DNA of 13,102 bases from Candidatus Methylomirabilia bacterium (GTDB lineage Bacteria; Methylomirabilota; Methylomirabilia; Rokubacteriales; CSP1-6), in contig JBGPXN010000127.1 in the NCBI GenBank assembly GCA_041492755.1, forward strand, positions 1 through 13,102, given 5' to 3'. The stretch's first letter is position 1. Each line of letters starts with the position of its first letter. A program made the position numbers and the translations under genes. Under the pieces are notes generated by a model that was given only the letters and a program-made list of their open reading frames with translations, ran no database searches and was not told the DNA's origin. Of the stretch, positions 6,413 to 13,102 are shown one piece after another.

Positions 6413-8044
6413 CTAGCGATCGAGCCAGGCGGCCATGAGGCGGCCACCATAGTCATAGCCAATGTTCGGGCCGTAGTTCTTGAGCGCGCCCTCCCAGACC
6501 GCGATGTACATCAATGACGGCATCTGCACGTACCACTGCTGTCGGGCGAGGTGGCGCTGGAGCTCGTGGATGATCTCCCGCCGCTTTGCGACGTCGAACG
6601 TTCGGCGCTGGCGGACGAGCATGTCGGCCGCGACGGGATCGTTGATGTGGCTCTGGTTCTTGAGCTCCTCGGGATAGTACTGGCCGAACAAGAAGTTGTC
6701 GGCGTCGAGGTACGGTGTCTGCGGGCCGAAGGCCGTGGAATCGAACTTGCCGTAGAAGCAGGTCGAGATGTAGGCCCCGTACTCCTTCTGATCGAGCTTG
6801 GTCTCGATGCCGACGTCCTTGAGATTCTTGACCACGAGCTGCGCCATGTCGACCTGGATGGTGGAGCCGTAGGTGGTGAAGCAGGTGCTGGCCGGGAAAC
6901 CATTCGGGTACCCGGCGGCGGCCAGGAGCCGCTTGGCCTCCTTGGGGTCGTGCTTGAAGAACTTCGCGCCCTCGCCGAGCTGGTCGACGGGCAGCGACCA
7001 TTCCTTGAGGGCTGCCGGTACCGCCGGGTTGTAGACGCCGATGCCCTCGAAGACCGAGTCGATGATGGCCTTGCGGTCGATGGCGAGCGACATGGCGTGG
7101 CGGACCCGCGGGTCGCTGAAGGGCTTCTGGTCCGTCCGCATGGAGATGTGGTTCATGACGTTGGACGGGAACTCGACGGTCTTGAGGTTCGGCCGCTTCT
7201 GCTTGAGGTTGTCCTTGATCTGGACCCACTCGCTGCGATTGATGGTGCCGGGGAACTCCCAGCCCAGGTCGTACTTGCCCGCCAGGAACGATGCCATGCG
7301 CGAGGCATTGTCCTCGTCCACGACCATCTCGATGCGGTCGATGTACGGCAGCCCCGGGATGAAGTAGTGCGGGTTACGGACGAACGTCAGCCCCTGGTTC
7401 GGGCGATAGGAGTCGAACATCCAGGGACCGGTACCGACGACGGACTCCGGCTTCTTGAGGTCGCCGAACTTGTCGACGCATTCCTTGGCGATGATGGCCA
7501 CCGCCATCGGATTCGCGAGCACGTCGAGGAACCACGCGAACGGCTCTTTGAGCGTGAACTTCACGGTGTACTTGTCGACGGCCTCCACCTTGTCCAGCGA
7601 CTTGAGCATGTAGGCGTTGGCGTTGCCCTTGAGCGTGACGAAGCGCTCGACCGTGTAGCGCACGTCCTCGGCGGTCAGCTCGCGGCCGTTGACCGGCGGC
7701 TTGGGGTGCCACTTCACACCCTTGCGCAGCTTGAAGACGTACGTCGTGTCGTTGGTCTGCTGCCACGACTCCGCGAGGTCGCCCTCGATCGGGAACGTGC
7801 CGGGCACGACGCTGGGGCCGGCCTTGTGCTTGAGCAGCCGGCTGTGGGTGAGCGTCATCGGAATGTGGATCTTGTAGGAGATGCCGCCCGGTCCCATGTG
7901 GTCGAAATGCGGCGGATCCCAGGCCCGCAGGGTCAATGTCCCGCCGCGCTTGGGGGTCTGGGCGCGCGCGCCGGCCGGGGCGAACGCGCTGCCGGCCAGG
8001 GTGAGACCACCGAGGGTCATCAGCTCGCGACGGGAGAGATCCAT
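6413..8044 (-). CDS. ABC transporter substrate-binding protein, family 5 (DppA/NikA-like), Tat-exported, 543 aa
   Basis: AGGAGG SD (8051-8056); Tat motif 'SRRELM' with AxA cleavage site 'ARA-Q'; 'KRGGTL', 'GDLAESW', 'FKLRKGVKWH', 'VGTGPW', 'PFSDPRVRHAMSLAIDR'. Confidence 0.93.
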   Translation of the reverse strand: MDLSRRELMTLGGLTLAGSAFAPAGARAQTPKRGGTLTLRAWDPPHFDHMGPGGISYKIHIPMTLTHSRLLKHKAGPSVVPGTFPIEGDLAESWQQTNDTTYVFKLRKGVKWHPKPPVNGRELTAEDVRYTVERFVTLKGNANAYMLKSLDKVEAVDKYTVKFTLKEPFAWFLDVLANPMAVAIIAKECVDKFGDLKKPESVVGTGPWMFDSYRPNQGLTFVRNPHYFIPGLPYIDRIEMVVDEDNASRMASFLAGKYDLGWEFPGTINRSEWVQIKDNLKQKRPNLKTVEFPSNVMNHISMRTDQKPFSDPRVRHAMSLAIDRKAIIDSVFEGIGVYNPAVPAALKEWSLPVDQLGEGAKFFKHDPKEAKRLLAAAGYPNGFPASTCFTTYGSTIQVDMAQLVVKNLKDVGIETKLDQKEYGAYISTCFYGKFDSTAFGPQTPYLDADNFLFGQYYPEELKNQSHINDPVAADMLVRQRRTFDVAKRREIIHELQRHLARQQWYVQMPSLMYIAVWEGALKNYGPNIGYDYGGRLMAAWLDR

Positions 8045-8066
8045 GTTCGTCCTCCTGGGCGGCGGC

Positions 8067-8455
8067 TCAACGCGCCCGCGCCCGCAATTCCTTCCTCAAG
8101 ATTTTCCCGACGGGACTCTTGGGCAGGCTGTCGACCACGCGGACTTCCTTGGGGCACTTGAACCGGGCCAGGCGCGTCTCACAGAACGCGACGATCTCCG
8201 CGCTCGTGGGCGCCTGCCCGGCCCGGGCGACCACGAAGGCGAGCACGTCCTCGCCCATGAGCGGATCGGGCCGCCCGACCACGGCGGCTTCCGCGACGGC
8301 GGGATGGGCGTACAGCACTTCCTCGACCTCGCGCGGGTAGATGTTGAAGCCGCCCCGGATGATGAGGTCCTTCTTCCGCTCGACGATGTAGAGGTAAGCG
8401 CCGGGTACTCGCCGTAGGTGCGGACGTTGTCGTCGCCGAGCGTCGCCAGGTTCAT
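8067..8455 (-). pseudogene. Internally deleted, frameshifted AMP-dependent (long-chain acyl-CoA) ligase
   Basis: ATG 8455 gives MNLATLGDDNVRTYGEYPAL. From 8396 a different frame reads YLYIVERKKDLIIRGGFNIYPREVEEVLYAHPAVAEAAVVGRPD...LPKSPVGKILRKELR to the stop at 8067, i.e. the adenylate-forming enzyme A8 hinge and A10 Lys motifs. The large N-terminal domain is absent. Confidence 0.85.
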
Positions 8456-8575
8456 CGGGGTGCGGGGCCTTCCGCCGGGTTGTCGGATGATACTCTAACT
8501 CGCGGGCCGATCGGCGCAGTTCTCGCCCTCGTCACGCCGGTGCCGCCCCCGCCGAGGCGCCGCCACAGATCCCGC

Positions 8576-8603
8576 TTGACGCGCCCGCGGTCCGCGGTAT
8601 ATC
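8576..8603 (+). promoter_or_regulatory. Possible sigma70 promoter for the sulfur cluster
   Basis: TTGACG (8576-8581), 16-bp spacer, TATATC (8598-8603), in the divergent intergenic region. The -10 is imperfect. Confidence 0.35.
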
Positions 8604-8716
8604 CGAAGCCGTCGTGACGAAGTTCTCGCTCCGCCGATTCCCCCCGAGCCTCTTCGACGTCTCGCAGGACATCGTCCGCGCGTTGCCCGTGGACATGGTG
8701 TGTGAGAATACGGAAC

Positions 8717-8956
8717 GTGCCTGAGCCTTCGATCACGCTGACGCTCGACTGCAAGGGCCTCGCGTGCCCCTTGCCGGTCCTCAAGCTCTCCACCGCGCTC
8801 AAGTCGCTCGCCGCCGGCGCCGTGGTCGAGATGCTCTCGACCGATCCCGGCGCCGTCCCCGACGTGGAGGCGTACCAGAAACGGTCGGGGCATCGGCTCC
8901 TCGGATGGTCGGAGGAGGGCGGCGTGTACCGCTTCCTCGTGCAGCGCGCGACTTGA
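8717..8956 (+). CDS. tusA: TusA/SirA/YedF-family sulfur carrier protein (~79 aa)
   Basis: 'LDCKGLACPLPVLK' (CPxP motif), 'EMLSTDPGAVPDV', C-terminal 'YRFLVQR'. Start GTG 8717 or GTG 8702. Confidence 0.9.
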   Translation: MPEPSITLTLDCKGLACPLPVLKLSTALKSLAAGAVVEMLSTDPGAVPDVEAYQKRSGHRLLGWSEEGGVYRFLVQRAT

Positions 8957-10116
8957 CGGCGTTCCGCGAGCAATACGATGCGCTCTTCGGGCGGCCGTGG
9001 CCCGTGTGGGGCGCCGGTGTCCTCGTTGCCGCTGCCAACGTCTTCCTCTTCGCGTTCGACCGGCCGTTCACGGCGTCCGACGGCGTCCGCAACTGGGGTG
9101 ACTGGGTCCTCGTCGCTGTTGGCATTCTCCAGCGACCCGATTTGATCGCGCCGTGGCTCTACTCCGGCTCGCTGCTCAATCTCGGCGTCGTGGCCGGCGC
9201 GCTCGCCGCCGCGCTGCTGAGCCGCGAGTTCGCGGTGCGCGTGCCGCCCGGGGGCGAGCTCGTGAAGGGCGGCGTGGGCGGCGCCATGCTCGGTATCGGC
9301 GCGATGCTGGCGCTTGGCTGCAACATCGGGGGCTTCTTCAGCGCGGTCAGCGCGCTGTCGCTCGCCGGGCTGGGCATGATGATCGGCCTCTGCGCCGGCG
9401 CCATCATCGGTCTCCGCTACCTGCTGTGGGAGATGGAGCACCGGCCCCGGTGGTCGAGCGGCCGCGGCCGGGTTTTTGCGGCGTCATCGACCAACCGGCC
9501 CGCCCGCCAACCGATCCTCGGGGTGGTCGTGGCTGTCCTGGTGCTGGCGGCGCCGTTCGTCTACGCCCAGGCCGGGCACGGCGGGCGCGGCGTGTTCCTG
9601 CTCTTCGGCGCCGCCTTCGGCTTCATCTTCCAGCGCTCGCGGCTGTGTCTGGTGCGGGCGTTTCGCGAGCCGTTCATGACCGGTGACGGCGAGCACACCC
9701 GTGCCGCCGCGCTGGCCATCGTCATCAGCATGCTCGGATTCGCGGTTCTCAAGTTCGCCGACCTCAAGGACAAGGGCGAGTGGGTGTTTCCCGCCGCCGG
9801 CGCGGGGGCGCTGCTCGGCGGCCTCGTGTTCGGGATTGGCATGGTGCTGGCGGGTGGCTGCGGCGCGGGATCCATCTGGCGCATGGGCGAGGGGCAGGTC
9901 AAGCTCTGGGTGGCGGTGGCGACGTTCGCCCTGGGCGCCTCGCTGACCCGGCTGGCGCTGACCCAGACCGGCCTGCAGCAGAAGCTCGGCGCCGCCGTCT
10001 TCATGCCGGCCGTCTTCGGCTGGGCGGGCGCCATCGCCCTCGTGATCCTGATCATGGCGGTGTGGGCGGCGTTCGCGACGTGGAACGAGCAGTCGCGACG
10101 GTTCAGCGTAGTTTGA
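8953..10116 (+). CDS. YeeE/YedE-family sulfur-compound transporter, YedE-type half order (~387 aa)
   Basis: TTG start overlaps the tusA stop (TTGA). Many TM helices; conserved Cys motifs 'LALGCNIGGFF', 'FGFIFQRSRLCLVRAFRE', 'FGIGMVLAGGCGAGSIWRMGEGQ'. The 8764 start in the ORF track would overlap most of tusA. Confidence 0.88.
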   Translation: MTAFREQYDALFGRPWPVWGAGVLVAAANVFLFAFDRPFTASDGVRNWGDWVLVAVGILQRPDLIAPWLYSGSLLNLGVVAGALAAALLSREFAVRVPPGGELVKGGVGGAMLGIGAMLALGCNIGGFFSAVSALSLAGLGMMIGLCAGAIIGLRYLLWEMEHRPRWSSGRGRVFAASSTNRPARQPILGVVVAVLVLAAPFVYAQAGHGGRGVFLLFGAAFGFIFQRSRLCLVRAFREPFMTGDGEHTRAAALAIVISMLGFAVLKFADLKDKGEWVFPAAGAGALLGGLVFGIGMVLAGGCGAGSIWRMGEGQVKLWVAVATFALGASLTRLALTQTGLQQKLGAAVFMPAVFGWAGAIALVILIMAVWAAFATWNEQSRRFSVV

Positions 10117-10250
10117 AGCCGGGGCGCTCCTCGATACGCGAACGGTGGTCCTTGCTCTATGATGTGCGGGCGCGCCAGGCGGCAGATCGCGTGGGGAGCG
10201 AGCCGAGCGCGCGACGTGCGACACACCAACGCGATGAGCGGGGGATATCC

Positions 10251-11507
10251 ATGGGAATCACGCGACGAGACTTCATGAAAACGTCCGGCGTCGGGCTCGG
10301 CCTCGGGCTGATGGGCGGGTGCGCGCCGGCGATCAAGGGCGACTTCGCGCCGAAGACCGGTCGCCGCGTGGTGGTCGTCGGCGGCGGCTGGGGCGGCACG
10401 TCGGCGGCGAAATACCTGCGCCTGGCCGACCCCTCCGTCGAGGTGTATCTGCTCGAGCCGAACCAGGAGTTCGTGTCCTGTCCGTTCAGCAACCTCGTGC
10501 TGAGCGGCGTGCGCACGATCGACTCGATCACGTTCAACTACAAGGGGATGCGCCGCTACGGCGTGAAGGTGCTTCACGAAGCGGCGGGGGCCATCGAGCC
10601 CGACCGCCGGCGCGTCCGCCTCGGCGAGGGCTGGCTCGAGTACGATCGCGCGATCGTGGCGCCCGGCGTGGAGTTCCAGTGGGAGCAGGTGGACGGGCTG
10701 CCCGCGAACAAGGACGTCGTCTTGCACGCGTGGAAAGCCGGACCGCAGACGGTGGCCCTCGCCAAGCAATTGCAGTCCATGGACGACGGCGGCGTTTTCG
10801 TGATGACCATCCCGCCCGCGGCGTACCGGTGCCCGCCCGGACCGTACGAGCGCGCCTGCCAGGTTGCCTGGTACCTCAAGACGAAGAAGCCGAAGTCCAA
10901 GCTGATCGTGCTGGACGCCAACCCCAACGTCATCTCCAAGACCGCGCTGTTCCGGGCCGCGTGGCAGGCGTATCCGAACCTCGAGTACCGCGGCTCGAAC
11001 AAGGTGGTAAAGGTCGACCCGGGGGCGCGCGAGGTCACCACCGAGATCGGCGATCGCGTGAAGTACGACGTGATCAACCTGATCCCGCCCCAGCGCGCGG
11101 GCACGATCGCGGTGGAAGCCGACCTCGTCGGCGCCGACAAGCGCTGGTGCGAGGTGAACCACCTGACCTTCGAGTCGGTCAAGCACAAGAACGTCCACGT
11201 GATCGGCGACTCCACCATCGGGCTGCCGGTGCCCAAGTCCGGCAACGTCGCCAACGCGATGGGCAAGGTGACCGCGGTGGCGATCGCGCACCTGCTCGCC
11301 GGCAAGGAGCCGCCGCCCATGGCGCCGGGTAACACCTGCTACTCGTGGGTGAACGACCGCGAGGCGATCGCCGTCGTCAACGCCTACAAGATCGAGGGAG
11401 GCAAGGTGGTCCAGATCGAGCAGAAGCTGACCCCGGGGCAATCGGCAACCGTCGGCCAGAATGCGATCGCGTGGGCGACCAGCATCTGGAACGACATGCT
11501 GGGTTGA
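10251..11507 (+). CDS. fccB: Flavocytochrome c sulfide dehydrogenase flavoprotein subunit (FccB/SoxF), 418 aa, Tat signal with possible lipobox
   Basis: Tat 'TRRDFMK'; 'LMGGCA'; Rossmann 'VVVVGGGWGG'; flavin-attachment Cys 'SCPFSN'; 'HAWKAGPQT'; active-site Cys pair 'YRCPPGPYERA' and 'NTCYS'; 'HVIGDS...PKSG'. Confidence 0.92.
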   Translation: MGITRRDFMKTSGVGLGLGLMGGCAPAIKGDFAPKTGRRVVVVGGGWGGTSAAKYLRLADPSVEVYLLEPNQEFVSCPFSNLVLSGVRTIDSITFNYKGMRRYGVKVLHEAAGAIEPDRRRVRLGEGWLEYDRAIVAPGVEFQWEQVDGLPANKDVVLHAWKAGPQTVALAKQLQSMDDGGVFVMTIPPAAYRCPPGPYERACQVAWYLKTKKPKSKLIVLDANPNVISKTALFRAAWQAYPNLEYRGSNKVVKVDPGAREVTTEIGDRVKYDVINLIPPQRAGTIAVEADLVGADKRWCEVNHLTFESVKHKNVHVIGDSTIGLPVPKSGNVANAMGKVTAVAIAHLLAGKEPPPMAPGNTCYSWVNDREAIAVVNAYKIEGGKVVQIEQKLTPGQSATVGQNAIAWATSIWNDMLG

Positions 11508-11518
11508 GGGAGGGCGCC

Positions 11519-12121
11519 ATGCGAACCACTCAGACCCTCGTCGGAACCGTCGCGCTGCTGCTGGCCCTCGGATGGAGCACGGGCGCCGTCGCGGGCCCGC
11601 TCGACGCCCGCGGCGCGAGCAAGTCGCTCACCTGCTCGGCCTGCCATGGCTTCGCCGGGCAGAGCCCGTCCGCCACCGTGCCGATCCTGGCCGGCATGTC
11701 GGCCGACTACTTCAAGAAGGCGATCCAGGACTACGCGGCCGGCCGCCGGCCCTCGACCGAGATGGAGCCGTACGCGAAGGCGGTGATCCAGGCCGGGCTC
11801 GACGACGTCGCCGCGTATTTCTCCGGCCAGAAGCGCGAGCCGACCGCGATCACCGTCGATCCCGCGGCGGCCGCACGCGGCAAGACCGCCGCGGTGCAGT
11901 GCGCGCTCTGCCACGGGCCGGACGGGCGCGGGGATTCCGCCAAGGGCGTGCCCGATCTTCGCGGCCAGCCCGTCGGCTACCTGCGCAACCAGATGTTCCT
12001 GTTCAAGGCGGATCGGCGGAGCCCGGCGGACGAGCGGCTGAAGCCGTTGAAGGCGCTCATGAAGACCATTCCCGATGAGACGCTCGCCGACCTCGCCGCC
12101 TACTTCTCGAGCGTGAGGTGA
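11519..12121 (+). CDS. fccA: Diheme c-type cytochrome (c4/FccA/SoxE-like), 200 aa
   Basis: GAGGGAGG SD; Sec signal ending 'AVA-G'; two heme motifs CSACH and CALCH; 'PILAG' and 'PDLRGQ' segments; candidate axial Met residues in 'TEMEP' and 'ALMKT'; 11 bp downstream of fccB. Confidence 0.88.
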   Translation: MRTTQTLVGTVALLLALGWSTGAVAGPLDARGASKSLTCSACHGFAGQSPSATVPILAGMSADYFKKAIQDYAAGRRPSTEMEPYAKAVIQAGLDDVAAYFSGQKREPTAITVDPAAAARGKTAAVQCALCHGPDGRGDSAKGVPDLRGQPVGYLRNQMFLFKADRRSPADERLKPLKALMKTIPDETLADLAAYFSSVR

Positions 12122-12181
12122 CGCGCTGATCGATCCCGTCGGCGGCCTCCGCGTCGGCGCCGCCGTCTGCCATGTCGCTCC

Positions 12182-12973
12182 GTGAACCCGGCGTTCGCGC
12201 TGACGCTGTTCGGCCTGGGCCTGATCGGTGCGTTCGTGGCCGGGTTGCTCGGGGTCGGTGGCGCCATCGTCATGATCCCGCTGCTCCTCTACGCGCCGCC
12301 GCTGCTGGGCGTCGGCGCCCTCGACGTCAGAGCGGTGGCCGGGATCACGATGGTCCAGGTGCTGGTGGCCGCGCTCTCCGGCGTGATCGCGCACCGGCGC
12401 GTGCGGGCGGTGAGCACGGAGCTGGCCTGGGTCGGCGGGCTGTCGATGGCGGCCGGCTCGCTGACCGGCGCGCTCGCGTCCAAGGTCGTGCCCGAGCGCG
12501 CGCTGCTCGCGCTGTTCGGCGTCATGACGCTGGCCGCGCTCGCCTTGATGTTCGTCCGCACGCAGGAGGCCGGACAACCGATCTTCGCCGACAAGATCAC
12601 GTTCAGCCGGCGGCGCGCGGCCGCAGTGTCGCTCGGCGTTGGCCTTGCCGCTGGATTGGTGGGCGCGGGCGGCGCGTTCCTGCTCGTGCCGCTGCTGCTG
12701 GTGGTGGTCGGCATTCCGATCCGCGTGACGATCGGCAGCTCGCTCGCGATCACCGCGATGTCGGCGGTCACCGGCGTGCTCGGCAAGCTGGTGACCGGAC
12801 AGATCGTGTGGGGAGCGGCGATCGCCGTCGCCGTCGGCGCCGCGCCCGGCGCCCAGCTCGGCGCCCTGGTGAGCCGGCGCCTGTCCGGCGTGCGCCTGCG
12901 ACAAGCGCTGTTCGCGGTCGTGCTCATGAGTACTATTCGCGTGTGGTGGGACCTGCTCACCCGCGCCAAGTGA
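12182..12973 (+). CDS. TauE/SafE (TSUP) family sulfite/sulfonate exporter, 263 aa
   Basis: Two internal repeats with 'AGLLGVGGAIVMIPLL' and 'AGLVGAGGAFLLVPLL'; 'TIGSSLA'; 'GAQLGALVSRRL'; about 8 hydrophobic segments. Confidence 0.88.
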   Translation: MNPAFALTLFGLGLIGAFVAGLLGVGGAIVMIPLLLYAPPLLGVGALDVRAVAGITMVQVLVAALSGVIAHRRVRAVSTELAWVGGLSMAAGSLTGALASKVVPERALLALFGVMTLAALALMFVRTQEAGQPIFADKITFSRRRAAAVSLGVGLAAGLVGAGGAFLLVPLLLVVVGIPIRVTIGSSLAITAMSAVTGVLGKLVTGQIVWGAAIAVAVGAAPGAQLGALVSRRLSGVRLRQALFAVVLMSTIRVWWDLLTRAK

Positions 12974-12996
12974 ACCGACAACGCGGTCGTCGAGGC

Positions 12997-13019
12997 GCGC
13001 CCCAGGTTTGCCGGGGCGC
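12997..13019. repeat. GC hairpin downstream of the TauE gene, possibly a diverged REP-family copy
   Basis: GCGCCCC-AGG-TTTG-CC-GGGGCGC. The minus strand reads ...GGCAAACCTGGGGCGCGCCTCGA, resembling GAAGCCGGGGCGCTCCTCGA at 10115-10134. Confidence 0.35.
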
Positions 13020-13102
13020 TGCCGAGCGCTGGGGGGTGTTCGGGGCCGAGTAGGGCGCAACTGGACACACAGACGCAACACGCGGCGTGCCCCGGGTGGG
13101 CC

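Noticed and set aside
6551..8161. 536-aa plus-strand ORF (and 5034..6416)
   Set aside because: Antisense shadows of the SBP and permease genes.
8390..8405. Programmed ribosomal frameshift joining the two ligase frames
   Set aside because: No slippery sequence at the junction, and the joined product would still lack the main adenylation domain.
8764..8952. Long N-terminus of the YeeE/YedE ORF, or a TusA-YedE fusion
   Set aside because: It overlaps tusA in another frame with Arg-rich nonsense; the TTGA stop/start overlap at 8953-8956 explains two separate coupled genes.
10141..10163. Internal promoter (TATGAT -10 or sigma54 TTGC) before fccB
   Set aside because: No -35 at the right spacing and no GG at the -24 position; insufficient support.
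9780..10250. N-terminal extension of the 575-aa FccB ORF
   Set aside because: It overlaps the transporter gene; the Tat motif fixes the start at ATG 10251.
9561..13081. Long minus-strand ORFs 9561..11441 and 11384..13081
   Set aside because: Antisense shadows of the sulfur genes with no family motifs.

Overview
Very GC-rich bacterial window; the gene style tentatively suggests a Rokubacteria-like soil lineage (inference only). Left to right: (1) a non-coding tandem array of 91/92/91-bp palindromic REP-like units, cut off at the window start, then a perfect 24-bp palindrome with a T-rich tail; (2) a secreted cupin gene, a candidate 18-codon bridging mini-ORF and a Zn-ribbon threonine-synthase-like gene; (3) a stand-alone EF-G paralogue of the EF-G2 type; (4) on the minus strand, an internally deleted and frameshifted acyl-CoA ligase pseudogene, a Tat-exported family-5 ABC substrate-binding protein and two permeases, with a ~123-bp inverted-repeat (MITE-like) element and a solo REP copy in the spacers; (5) a divergent five-gene sulfur cluster: TusA-family carrier, YedE-type YeeE/YedE transporter, flavocytochrome c sulfide dehydrogenase flavoprotein (FccB/SoxF), diheme cytochrome c (FccA/SoxE-like) and a TauE/SafE exporter. 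The most interesting items are the compact sulfur oxidation/trafficking module and the structured repeat families. Family assignments come from recognised motifs, not from database searches.
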